Assembly (NCBI GenBank): GCA_051889975.1
Contig: JBJFDJ010000026.1
Span: forward strand, 1-37,892
DNA from: Christensenellales bacterium
GTDB lineage: Bacteria; Bacillota; Clostridia; Christensenellales; UBA1242
Length of the DNA: 37,892 nucleotides
Direction of reading: 5' to 3'
Shown: one piece after another, positions 8,902 through 18,900 of the stretch
Position numbering within the stretch: position 1 is the stretch's first letter
Layout of the letters: every line of letters begins with the position of its first letter
The notes under the pieces: generated by a model
Database searches by the model: none
What the model saw: only the letters and a program-made list of their open reading frames with translations
What the model was told of the DNA's origin: nothing
Position numbers and translations under genes: made by a program

Positions 8902-10563
8902 TTAACTGCTTTGTTTTTCCTTTTTTTTAAAAAACATACCAAATATTTTTTTTACATCCAAAACTTTTGTTAACACCAACACCAAAAAATATATAAACAC
9001 TCCTAGCGCTCCCATAATCAAAGTGCTTATGCGTTGAGACAAAATCCCATTTAAAACAACTTTGAATAACTTCATTGTTAAACACATAATGCCGGCAGAA
9101 ACAACTGGAAAAACAAAAAATTTTGATATTGAAAATTTGATGTTAACTCGTTTTTTTATTGCACGCACGTTTAAGATAAATGCCAGCGAATAAAACAACA
9201 TATCAGCAATTGCTGTGCCGTAAATATTTATACTTTTTGATGTGACGGTTAACAGCAAAACAACTATTCTTAAAATTGCACATATACCCATATTGACAAC
9301 AGGTGTTTTGCTGTCTTCAAAGCCCTGCAAAATGCTTGATGACAAGTTTAACAAACTCAAATAAATTATGTTAAAGGCATTTAGTCGCAACAAATCAGTT
9401 GCAATTTGAGTTTCATAAACAATTTTGCTGTTTAAACCACCTGCATACAAAAAATTGATGATATCGCCCGAAAAGAATATAAAAACAAATGCACACGCAA
9501 TACCAATTAACCAAACTATTTTAAAACTTTCGGCTATGTTGCTTTGTGATTTTTCAATGTTCTTTGATTTTATATTTGGAATGAGACTTTGTCCAAAACT
9601 TGTTGCAATGACGGTTGGCATGCTAACAAGCGAAGCAACAATGCCATCTTCCAGCCCAAAAAGTGTGTAGGCAATTGTGTTATTGAGACCTATTCTAATT
9701 AATAATGGAACAATTGTTAAACTATCAATTGCACCAAGAAGGGGCATAATGCAAGATTCTAGCGAAACAAAAAAGCCAAAATTAAAGATGTTTTTAATGG
9801 CATATTTTAAACTTATGTTGCGTGAAGTTTTGTTTTTTAATGTGATTTGCATGTTATTATTTGCAATTTCATTGTTTTTAAGTTTAAACTTGCTTTTATT
9901 CTTTAAAATAATGTTAGCATCAATTTCTTTTTTGTTAAACAAAAACAGGACGAATGCAAAAATCAGTGAAAAAACTTCGCTTATTGTTATGCCCAAAACA
10001 GTGCCAAAAACTGCATATATTATACCATATTTAACAAAATGATTTGCAAGTAGCAAACTAAACAACAATTTTATTATTTGTTCAACAACTTGAATGCTAC
10101 CACTATAAAGCATTTTGTGTTTGCCCAAAAAATAGCCTTTTAGGGTGGAAATTAAACTGCTTAATATTATTGAAGGCAAAATGGCATAATAACAAATTGC
10201 AAGGTTGCTTTCGCCTTGATATTTTGAAATTATGGGCGTTAGAGCCCCCAGCAAAACAGCAAAAAATGTTGAGATTGAAAAAGATATAATAAAGCCTGCC
10301 TGCAAGTATTTTTTTATGTTGTGTTTGCTATATTTTGCGTTTTCGCGCGAAACAAATTTGCTAACTGCAACATTTATGCCACTTGATGCAAGCCCCAGCA
10401 TAAATGCAAAAATTGGGAATATCAATTGATATAGTCCCAACCCTTCACTGCCCAAAATTTTTAGCAGTGGAATTCGATATATTGCACCTATTATTTTGGT
10501 TATGAGATTACATATCACCAAAATAACAGCGCCCATTAAAAATGTATTTTTTGTTTTTTGCAT
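8902..10563 (-). CDS. MOP-superfamily flippase, YabM/SpoVB-like (polysaccharide or lipid II flippase family)
   Basis: About 553 aa with about 14 TM helices. It lies immediately downstream of spoVT, as yabM does in B. subtilis. The ORF track starts at TTG 10572. The ATG at 10563 sits 1 nt after the spoVT TGA, so the start is uncertain. Confidence 0.75.
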   Translation of the reverse strand: MQKTKNTFLMGAVILVICNLITKIIGAIYRIPLLKILGSEGLGLYQLIFPIFAFMLGLASSGINVAVSKFVSRENAKYSKHNIKKYLQAGFIISFSISTFFAVLLGALTPIISKYQGESNLAICYYAILPSIILSSLISTLKGYFLGKHKMLYSGSIQVVEQIIKLLFSLLLANHFVKYGIIYAVFGTVLGITISEVFSLIFAFVLFLFNKKEIDANIILKNKSKFKLKNNEIANNNMQITLKNKTSRNISLKYAIKNIFNFGFFVSLESCIMPLLGAIDSLTIVPLLIRIGLNNTIAYTLFGLEDGIVASLVSMPTVIATSFGQSLIPNIKSKNIEKSQSNIAESFKIVWLIGIACAFVFIFFSGDIINFLYAGGLNSKIVYETQIATDLLRLNAFNIIYLSLLNLSSSILQGFEDSKTPVVNMGICAILRIVVLLLTVTSKSINIYGTAIADMLFYSLAFILNVRAIKKRVNIKFSISKFFVFPVVSAGIMCLTMKLFKVVLNGILSQRISTLIMGALGVFIYFLVLVLTKVLDVKKIFGMFFKKKEKQSS

Positions 10564-10564
10564 A

Positions 10565-11095
10565 TCAACCAACTTGTTTGCCTAAAAATTCGGCAAAGGC
10601 TTGTCCTAGTTTTAAGTTATCCAAAGTGACTTCCTTGTTTGCATTAAACAAGATTATTGCACCAAACACATCGCCGGCATTTGTTATTGGGCAAACTGCA
10701 AAATTAGATATTGAAATTTCACCAAACAATGATGTGTTTAAATTTGCTTTGTCATATATTTTGCTTGTTCTGTAATTTATTGCTTTTTCAATGCCACTAT
10801 CTAGTTGCCTGTTTATGTAAGTGTTTTTATTTGCGCCATTGCATGAAATAATTTTTTCCATATTCGTTACAAAAACAGATAGTTCTGTTGCCTTGAAAAT
10901 GCTTTCGGCAACTTCACTTGCAAAATCGCTTATCTCCAAAATTGGAGAATATTTTTTTAACAATAACTCTCCATTTTCACCACTATAAATCTCCAAAGGT
11001 GTGCCGTTTTTTATTTTTAATGTTCTTCTTATTTCTTTTGGTATGACTATTCTGCCAAGTTCATCTATTCGTCTCACCACTCCTGTTGCTTTCAT
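10565..11095 (-). CDS. spoVT: stage V sporulation protein T (AbrB-type N-terminal domain plus GAF-like C-terminal domain)
   Basis: MKATGVVRRIDELGRIVIPKEIRRTLKIKNGTPLEIY...LLKKYSP is nearly identical in pattern to B. subtilis SpoVT. 176 aa. AAGGAG SD. Confidence 0.9.
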   Translation of the reverse strand: MKATGVVRRIDELGRIVIPKEIRRTLKIKNGTPLEIYSGENGELLLKKYSPILEISDFASEVAESIFKATELSVFVTNMEKIISCNGANKNTYINRQLDSGIEKAINYRTSKIYDKANLNTSLFGEISISNFAVCPITNAGDVFGAIILFNANKEVTLDNLKLGQAFAEFLGKQVG

Positions 11096-11377
11096 TTAAA
11101 ATACTCCTTGTTTTTATTATTTTATATTTGACAAAAAATATGTATAATTTTGGCAATTTGTTTTAAAAACAAGTTTATTTTTATTGCTTATTTTTTTGAT
11201 GTCACAACTTTTAAAAATTTATTTTACGCAGTCATAAAAAGCAAACTGCAAATGAGATAAGAATAGTTTTAAAAAGAGCATTAAAATTTTGGGAGATTTT
11301 TTGTGGCTGTTTTTGCTCTAAAAAATGCACTTAAAGTTATTTTGTCAATTATTTATCATAATTTTAAAACATAAAAA

Positions 11378-11399
11378 ACACCATCAAAAATGATGATGT
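11378..11399 (-). terminator. bidirectional rho-independent terminator
   Basis: ACACCATCA (11378-11386) / TGATGATGT (11391-11399) with one mismatch and an AAAA loop. An A-run precedes it and a T-run follows, so it can terminate on both strands. Ends the 15.8-11.5 kb operon. Confidence 0.65.
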
Positions 11400-11522
11400 T
11401 TTTTTGTTAAATTTAATTGTGCAAATTTGTTTTGCATACTTTTAAAAGTAAATAAACGTTAATTTGTTTATATTATTTTTAAAACTTCTGCTCAATTTGT
11501 TTGCACTTTGTTAAAATTTTTT

Positions 11523-12344
11523 TTAAACTATCAAATCAGTTGGGTCAACATCGGCGTCTTGCGTGTTGGCTTCTTGCGTGCTTGTGCTTTGGTTTTCATC
11601 GTCTAAATTTTCAATGTTTTCGGCGTCTTCGTCTGTTTGTTCGTCTTTTGCGTCTTCATCATTTGTGATGTCACTGTTGGCTTTTGTAAGTCTATCTTGT
11701 TCAATTTGATTTTTTAGATTGCTTAAAGTTAACATTAAAACAGGATTAACAAAAATCAAAAACAAGCAAAAACCTGCAAATGTGCCCCAAACATAAAGCA
11801 TATAACTGTTTGTATTTAAGCACAAACCAACTAACATTGCAAACAAAATACAAAGCGCAACCAAAATTAACAAGATAAACAAGAATATCATGCCAAGACC
11901 AAAGAGTTTTGGACGATAACCCTTTGCTGTTTCATGCGACTTTTTAAAACTTGCAAGCAAGTCATTATCTTTTGCATATTCAAAAACAAAAGCATAATTT
12001 ACAAAAAATATTATTGCTGGAACAATTGCAAGTGCAAAGCCAAAAACATAACTTATTGCGCACAAAATTGCAACAAGCAAATATGTTAAAAAGCCACTGC
12101 CTAATTTAAACACATGTTCAACTTTAACATTTTCGTCTTTTGCATTTTTAACAAACATTGTTTGTGTTGGCAAAAACAAAAACCAACTTGCAAATGAAAT
12201 CACAAGTGAGTTTGTGAGCAAAAATACAAGCAAAAATACACCAAATTGAAGCAGAGATGACAACAATATTTTTTGCCAATTTGCACCTAGTTGTTTTGTG
12301 CTTTGATTAAACACATCTTTGATTGAAATTTTTTTGTTTTCCAT
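11523..12344 (-). CDS. DUF975-like polytopic membrane protein with acidic C-terminal tail
   Basis: 273 aa. The N-terminus ISIKDVFNQSTKQLGANWQKILLSSLL resembles the DUF975 family opening. About 5 TM helices. The last ~50 aa are D/E/N/T-rich (NDEDAKDEQTDEDAENIENLDDENQ...). AAAGGAG SD. Confidence 0.55.
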   Translation of the reverse strand: MENKKISIKDVFNQSTKQLGANWQKILLSSLLQFGVFLLVFLLTNSLVISFASWFLFLPTQTMFVKNAKDENVKVEHVFKLGSGFLTYLLVAILCAISYVFGFALAIVPAIIFFVNYAFVFEYAKDNDLLASFKKSHETAKGYRPKLFGLGMIFLFILLILVALCILFAMLVGLCLNTNSYMLYVWGTFAGFCLFLIFVNPVLMLTLSNLKNQIEQDRLTKANSDITNDEDAKDEQTDEDAENIENLDDENQSTSTQEANTQDADVDPTDLIV

Positions 12345-12364
12345 AATTTCTCCTTTTATATTTT

Positions 12365-13828
12365 TTACAAAATAGATGAAAATAATCTTGCAATGCTAAC
12401 AAGCATATTAAAAAATATATTTCTATTCTTTCTGTCTTGCTGAGTATATTCTTTGCTCATTAAGATGTCGTTTTTGTATATGTTTTTATACTCCAAAACC
12501 TTATCTTTATTATATATGACAACATTGTCTTCAAAGTTGAGCGAAAATGACCTGATGTCGACATTGCAACTGCCCAAAGTTAAGATTTTGTCATCAATAA
12601 ACAAAACTTTGCTATGTAAAAACCCATTGTAAATGTAAACTTTGCCACCCAAATCTAAAAACTCATTTATATAACTATAAGACGCCATGTGAACATGCAA
12701 ATGGTCAATTTTTTTTGGCATCATTATTTCAACTTCAACCCCACTCAAAAGCGCCAGTTTTAAAGCGCCCATAAAGCTATCATCGGGTATAAAATAAGGT
12801 GTTTGAATGCAGATTTTCTTTTTTGCCGAAACAATCATTTTTATCATACATTCTTTTATGCTTTCGTTGTTGTTGTCTGGACCACTTGATATCACTTGCA
12901 TTGCCACGCCTTTTGTTTCAGCTTGCTGAGTAATATCAGGGAAATATTTTTTGTTTAGATAATATTCTGTTGGCTTTTTGTCACTTATGCTATAGCGCCA
13001 GTCTGATAAAAAAATATTTTGCAGTGAATGAACAGCCTCGCCTTCTATTCGCAAATTTGCATCTCTCCATGGCGAAAGCCTTGGCTTATGCCCTATGTGG
13101 TCTTCACGTATGTTTGTGCCACCAGTATAACCTATTTTGCCATCAATAACAACAATTTTACGGTGATTTCTGTGATTTGCATTTGCATTTAACAACTTTA
13201 TTTTTAAAAATGGTGGAAAGAACTCGGCAATCTGCCCACCGGCTTTTTTTAACTTTCTAAAACTAGACTTAAATGTATTAAAACTGCCAATTGAATCATA
13301 CAAAACCCTAACTTCAACGCCCTCTTTTGCCTTTTTTATGAGTTCTTGTTTAACTAATTTTGAAATTTTGTCATTTGCAAAAATATAAAATTGAATGTGA
13401 ATTGTTTCTTTTGCATTGCGAATATCATCAATTAACTTTTGAACATATGCTTCTCCGTCAATATAATACTCGCACTTGTTGTCAGTGGTTAAAATGCTGT
13501 CACAATTATTTAAATTAAGCAAAATTAACTCTTTAAATTCATCATAATAACCCTTTGTTTTTGTGGCTTCTATTTGTTCAATTTGTTTTTTTATGTGCGC
13601 ATTGTATTCGTTTGTCATAAGCGACTTCTTTTTTAACATATTTTTAACACGATTGTTTAGTCCTGCGCCAATCAGCAAATACAAAGCAAGTCCAACAAAA
13701 GGCACAAGCAATGTAAAAGTCCATGCAGCAATACGCTCAAACTTTTTTTTGCTGATAAAAATCATATCAAACAAAATTATCAAACACAAAATATAATTGA
13801 TTAGTAAAAATATTTGAAGTGTGTTCAT
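12365..13828 (-). CDS. cls: cardiolipin synthase (ClsA-type, PLD superfamily)
   Basis: 487 aa with two N-terminal TM helices and two HKD motifs: HRKIVVID (nt 13142-13165) and HSKVLFID (nt 12593-12616). Confidence 0.9.
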   Translation of the reverse strand: MNTLQIFLLINYILCLIILFDMIFISKKKFERIAAWTFTLLVPFVGLALYLLIGAGLNNRVKNMLKKKSLMTNEYNAHIKKQIEQIEATKTKGYYDEFKELILLNLNNCDSILTTDNKCEYYIDGEAYVQKLIDDIRNAKETIHIQFYIFANDKISKLVKQELIKKAKEGVEVRVLYDSIGSFNTFKSSFRKLKKAGGQIAEFFPPFLKIKLLNANANHRNHRKIVVIDGKIGYTGGTNIREDHIGHKPRLSPWRDANLRIEGEAVHSLQNIFLSDWRYSISDKKPTEYYLNKKYFPDITQQAETKGVAMQVISSGPDNNNESIKECMIKMIVSAKKKICIQTPYFIPDDSFMGALKLALLSGVEVEIMMPKKIDHLHVHMASYSYINEFLDLGGKVYIYNGFLHSKVLFIDDKILTLGSCNVDIRSFSLNFEDNVVIYNKDKVLEYKNIYKNDILMSKEYTQQDRKNRNIFFNMLVSIARLFSSIL

Positions 13829-13843
13829 GTATTTTCTCCTATG

Positions 13844-14512
13844 TTAAACAAAAAAACTTTTTCCCAGCTCTTGCTTAACTTTTTTTCGTTTAAAAATTAA
13901 CACTAATATGAGCAAAGTTAAACTTGCCAAAAAAGTTGAAAAACTTGGCCAAATAACCAAATTTAAAAAATAACTTACAACAAAGGTTACTGCCGAAAGA
14001 ATTGTAAATATAATCAATGGCAAAACAAACTCAAAACCTTTGTAATAATTTCTTATAAACACAATTATTGTTGAATAACAACTCATAAACAAAATGAAAA
14101 ATGGAATTACATAGTTAACTCCCCAGCCAAAAGTGTGCGTAAAGAGTTCTAAAAACAAAATATAAAGGCACACGCTTATGCCAACAATGGTTGAAATTGT
14201 TGAAAAACTCCACTGCTTTTTTATTGGATAATAGATATCCACAACAAATATCAAACAACCAGTTATAACATACCACGAATATGTTAGCCTGTGATTAAAA
14301 AACAAGTCAACACACAAACACAAAACAGTGCCAATAAGTGCAATAAACAACAAGATATTAAGTGTTAATTTTCGCTTGTCATGCCAAACTTTGTCATTTG
14401 GATAGCAAACAAAATTTTCGTCTTTTGTAAAATCTGATAAATCTTTTCCACACAGTGGACAATTGTTTATGTTGTCAGCAATATTTACATTACATTTATC
14501 ACAATGTTTCAT
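13844..14512 (-). CDS. Zn-ribbon-containing polytopic membrane protein (DUF6320-like)
   Basis: 222 aa. N-terminal CDKC-x10-CPLC zinc ribbon followed by about 5-6 TM helices. The GAGGAG SD overlaps the stop of the upstream gene. From memory, this family is often paired with the acyltransferase family upstream. Confidence 0.6.
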   Translation of the reverse strand: MKHCDKCNVNIADNINNCPLCGKDLSDFTKDENFVCYPNDKVWHDKRKLTLNILLFIALIGTVLCLCVDLFFNHRLTYSWYVITGCLIFVVDIYYPIKKQWSFSTISTIVGISVCLYILFLELFTHTFGWGVNYVIPFFILFMSCYSTIIVFIRNYYKGFEFVLPLIIFTILSAVTFVVSYFLNLVIWPSFSTFLASLTLLILVLIFKRKKVKQELGKSFFV

Positions 14513-14521
14513 CAGTTCTCC

Positions 14522-15799
14522 TCATTTTAAATTTGTATAAATTGTTATGTCTAATCCCAGACTTTTTAAAATTGCAATCAGATTTTTTTCAATTGTTTTT
14601 TCTTTTATGCAACTTGTAATTGTCAAAGACAATTTGTTATTGTGCGTTATAACTGCCACATTTATTGTGTTTATCAAGCTTTTGCAAAGCAAAACATCAT
14701 ATCGCTCAACATATTCGTCAAACTCTTTTGGTGCATTTACATTCCCCAAATTTGTTAAAACGGTTGTGTAAGCATTTTCGCCAAACAATTTGTAAGAAAT
14801 GTGCAAGGCAATGTTTTTGATAAACAATGGCATTATGCGAACAAAAAAGTTTTTTTCGGCGCCAATATTTGCATTTATGTTTTTTATCATATTATCTTTT
14901 GTGATTGACGACATTTGAGTTTTAACAAGGTTGATTAGTTCGTCTAAATCTTCTGTTTTGTCTTTGCCATCAACAATCACATCCAGCCAACTTGAAAAAT
15001 TTCGCAGTGTCTTGGTCTCAAAAAATCTGCGCAAATTAATTGGAACATTTATGACAACAGGTTTCTTTTTTGCTATGAGTTGTTTTTGATAGTTGATTAA
15101 ACACTTTGCATACACGGCAACCAACAACTGCGTTATTGTGCAATTTTTTTCTTTTGCTTTTTCTTTTAATTTGTCGGCTGGCATAACGGCAGTTATAACA
15201 TCTAATTTGCCATTTTGCTCGGGCGTGCCATGAACTTGATATGCTTTTTTTGTGTTTCGAGGTGCTTTTCCACTATCGTCAGCATAGCGCCTAAAACTAT
15301 CTTCAACTTCTTCTGGATTTGGTTTGTCCCTATAATCTGCTTCTAGTTGTTCTGTGCTTATTTGCTTGCCTGTTAAAACCAAATAACAAGCAATTAACGA
15401 ATTTAAAAAGCAAACTGCACCTTTGCCATCGGTTAATGAATGAAAAATTTCAAAGCTTATTTTGTTTTTGTAGTATAAAACTCTAAACAAGTGCTTTTTT
15501 TTGTTTAGTTCCATGGTTCGGCAAGGATATGTTGTTTCTTCTTGCACCTTGGGAAAAGTTTGCATATTTTGAAAATAATGCCAAAACATCCCACGCCTTA
15601 ACGTAACATCAAGGTGTGGAAATCTCTCTATAACGGTTTCCAATGCCTTTTGCAAGATTGTTGGGTCTACATCTTCTTTTAAATATGCGCTTATTCTAAC
15701 AACGTTGTTCCAAGCGCCATTGCTTGCCGATGGATAGACTAATGCAGCATTGTCAAGTTTAATCCAACTATCATTTTTCTTTCTAAACTTTTGTTTCAT
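14522..15799 (-). CDS. HxxxDG acyltransferase of the condensation / alcohol-acetyltransferase-like superfamily
   Basis: 425 aa, soluble. Catalytic-type motif FHSLTDG at nt 15425-15442 (His120...Asp124-Gly125). The length and N-terminus (WIKLDNAALVYPS) resemble COG4908/AATase-like proteins. Confidence 0.65.
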   Translation of the reverse strand: MKQKFRKKNDSWIKLDNAALVYPSASNGAWNNVVRISAYLKEDVDPTILQKALETVIERFPHLDVTLRRGMFWHYFQNMQTFPKVQEETTYPCRTMELNKKKHLFRVLYYKNKISFEIFHSLTDGKGAVCFLNSLIACYLVLTGKQISTEQLEADYRDKPNPEEVEDSFRRYADDSGKAPRNTKKAYQVHGTPEQNGKLDVITAVMPADKLKEKAKEKNCTITQLLVAVYAKCLINYQKQLIAKKKPVVINVPINLRRFFETKTLRNFSSWLDVIVDGKDKTEDLDELINLVKTQMSSITKDNMIKNINANIGAEKNFFVRIMPLFIKNIALHISYKLFGENAYTTVLTNLGNVNAPKEFDEYVERYDVLLCKSLINTINVAVITHNNKLSLTITSCIKEKTIEKNLIAILKSLGLDITIYTNLK

Positions 15800-15814
15800 G
15801 TTTTACCTAGTAAT

Positions 15815-15842
15815 ATTATATAATATTTACTAAAAATTACAA
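15815..15842 (-). promoter_or_regulatory. candidate promoter of the acyltransferase-cls operon
   Basis: Minus strand TTGTAA (15842-15837), 16 nt, TATAAT (15820-15815). An alternative is TTGACA (15877-15872) with TGTATAAAT (15854-15846) at non-optimal spacing. Confidence 0.35.
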
Positions 15843-15909
15843 AAGATTTATACAAAAAAATAGTTTACTATTTGTCAAAAATACAAGTTATTGTTAAAAA
15901 CAACAAAAA

Positions 15910-15943
15910 ACACTCAAAATAATAATTTTATCATTTTGAATGT
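15910..15943 (-). terminator. rho-independent terminator of the giant surface protein gene
   Basis: 11-bp stem ACACTCAAAAT (15910-15920) / ATTTTGAATGT (15933-15943) with one mismatch. On the minus strand it is followed by TTTTTTGTTG. Confidence 0.65.
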
Positions 15944-15953
15944 TTTTATTTTT

Positions 15954-18900
15954 TTAGTTCCCATTTGGTATAACAAATTTTATCGTATAATAATCTGTCT
16001 TTTTGGTTGTTATTCCATCTTTTGTAATGGTGGCTTCAACTTTTAACTTGAGTTGGAATTCTGATATATCATTTTCTAAAATGTTGTTACACAATATAAC
16101 TGTCCATGCGTTATTTTCTGCATCATAATCTAGTTGTGCATATATGCTAACAATTTCATAATAAGAAGCCAATTCATCATCGCTGGCAATTTCAACTTTG
16201 CTAAAACCGGTTGAATTTTTAACATAATATGTCTTGCCTAAATCAACTGTTGTGTCGGTTGTTTTTTGATATTTGCAAATTTTGTTGCCTTCAAACACAT
16301 CCACACCAACCATAGAAACATATCCAAAAGAAAACTCAACTTTTTTGATTTTAACTATGCTGTTGTTCATAACGGTGTAATTTAACTTATCTTGCAAAGA
16401 CACAACGTTTGAATTGCCATCAAATTCATTGTTATTTTCTTCTTTTATGATGGTTTGAACACTTAAAATTGAGTTTTTGTTGCTATCAAGGTCATTTACA
16501 ACAAAATTGTTAATAACTGCAGGTTTGATTGTAAATGTGAAATCTTGTATGTATCCCAAGTTGTCGTCTTCTTTTAAAACTCCAACTATTGAAGTGATTG
16601 TGATAGAATCTTCTTGTGGAACGCCATATATCCTAATTTTGCCATCACTTGTAAAACTGCAATAAGTTCCAAGACTGCTAATATTTAAAACAAATTTGAT
16701 ATTATATTGATAGTAAGTTTTGGTTGCGTCAATTGTTGTATCTGATGTTTTAATATAGTCTCCATCAACAAATTCATAATAACTTGCAATTTCGTCAGCA
16801 ACAGGTTCTGCAACTTGTGAAACAAATTGATTTCTATAGTCTTTAGTCAAATTGTTTATATTATAGCCACGTGGCAAGTATAAAATCGTTCCTGCTTTGT
16901 TTGTAAACTTAACTGCAGGTTCAACCTGTTTGTAATATGTTTTGCCGTCTGCAATTGAGATGTCGGTTGTTATTACATATTGCTCACCAACTAGCTCATA
17001 ATATGTTGCAAGGTCGCTTACATCTGGTTGCAAAACTTCTTGATAATTTCCAAATACATCTACAATGCTTGGTGCATAATATTCTTGTGATGTTGTTACA
17101 ACATTGTAATCTGCAATTAATTTGTATGTAAATGATTGAGATGAGTCACTTTCAAAGCCAAATTCTGTTGTCATAACAACAGTTTCTTCAACATCTCTGT
17201 CAATATCACAAAGAATTAATGTCTTGTTGTTGTTATCAATTTTTGTGCCAGAGCCACTTATCAGCAAGCCATCTGCTTGTGTATATTCACCAGCAAATTT
17301 ATATGTTACAAGTTTGCTTATGTCAACAAATTCAAAATAGTCATTTATATAAACATTTGATGGTGTTTCAACTGCGATGTATTTGCCATCTTCAAACAGA
17401 TAATATGTTTTGCCGGCATTAATTGATGTGTCAGTCGTTTTTGAATATATGCCAATGCGATATTTGTCGCCTTGTCTTCCATTGGTTTCATCAATTGTAT
17501 CATAAGTAACCAAACTCTTGGTTAGTCCATCCGTTGCAATAATTTCTTGATTGTTGCCGTATTCACTAAATTCCACAACGATTTTTGGCAATGTAATTTC
17601 AATTAAAATTGGATTACTTACAATGTCGCCAGAAAGTGAAACTGCAAACACAATTGCTTTGCCGGCTTTGTTGATTGTAGGTTTAAAACTTGTTGCACTG
17701 CTGTCATCGTAACTTTCTTCAAAAGTTAAAATATCACTTGGATATGCAAACAAGTCGGTTGGTTTTAGTTGTGCAAGTTCTTCTGGTGTGTAATCTTTGT
17801 TGCACTGATAAGAAGCAACTGTAAATGATGTATTGTTTGTGTTGGTTGGATTATACGCAACACTAAAAGACAAGTCGTCATTTGTCAAGTTGCCATTTTC
17901 GTCAATAACTTTCCATGCATAATCATCACTAGTCAGTTTTACACTTACGCCATTTTGTGCATTTGTAGACAATGCCAGTTCTTGTAACTCTGTGTTCAAA
18001 ATAGTAAGCGAAATATTTGAAATACTGCTTATTTTGTTTCCATTTGCATCAGCTATATATATTTCAATTTCAGCGTCACTGTTTGATGTTAAAGTAAATT
18101 TTAATTTATTGTCGTTTTTTTCACGTTTTAGCTCTGACAAAACAGATTGATTGCCATCGCCTTCAATTGCCCATGTGAATTCGCTGTCACTCTTAACAAC
18201 ATCGTCACAAGTGATTTCAATAACAAATGCATCACCCTTGCTTATTGTTACTTGGTTATTGTTAACTATTGAATTATCATTTGTGTCTAAAACATCTACA
18301 TTTTCAACCTTTAAACTTTTGCTAACTATAACACTAATGCTGTCACTCAAATTTCCAATATAGTCAAATTTATAGTAACCACCATCGTCAATCAATTCGC
18401 CATTTGCATCATACATCAACACAACTGCCGCAATGTCTGTTTTGCTTCCATAATTAATTGGATTTATTATGTTATATGTTTTGTTGCCTGCACCGTCAGT
18501 TTTGCAAATTGCACTATACACTTTGTTGTCAATCGTTTTTATTTTAATGCTGTCATCAACTTCAATTATGCCATTGTCAGACAAAGCAAAATACATAAGA
18601 TAACTGCTGTTATTGTATGTTGCATTTGTTGGATTTACGGCAACAGTGTTGTTTAAATCTTTTGTTTGAACATTGTCTGGCACATCATTCCACGAAAGGT
18701 TTATTTCTTTTTCAACATTGTTAAAAGTTAAACTATCAATTTTAACTTTGTTTATTTCAACCTCGGCATAATCATACACATAATTTATTACTTGTCCATC
18801 ATCGTCAAAAACAGGATAGCCAAAAACTAAAACATTGCCAGATGACTTGTATTCATTTATGACAACAGACCAAGAAAGTTGCCTTGGATTTGCATTATAA

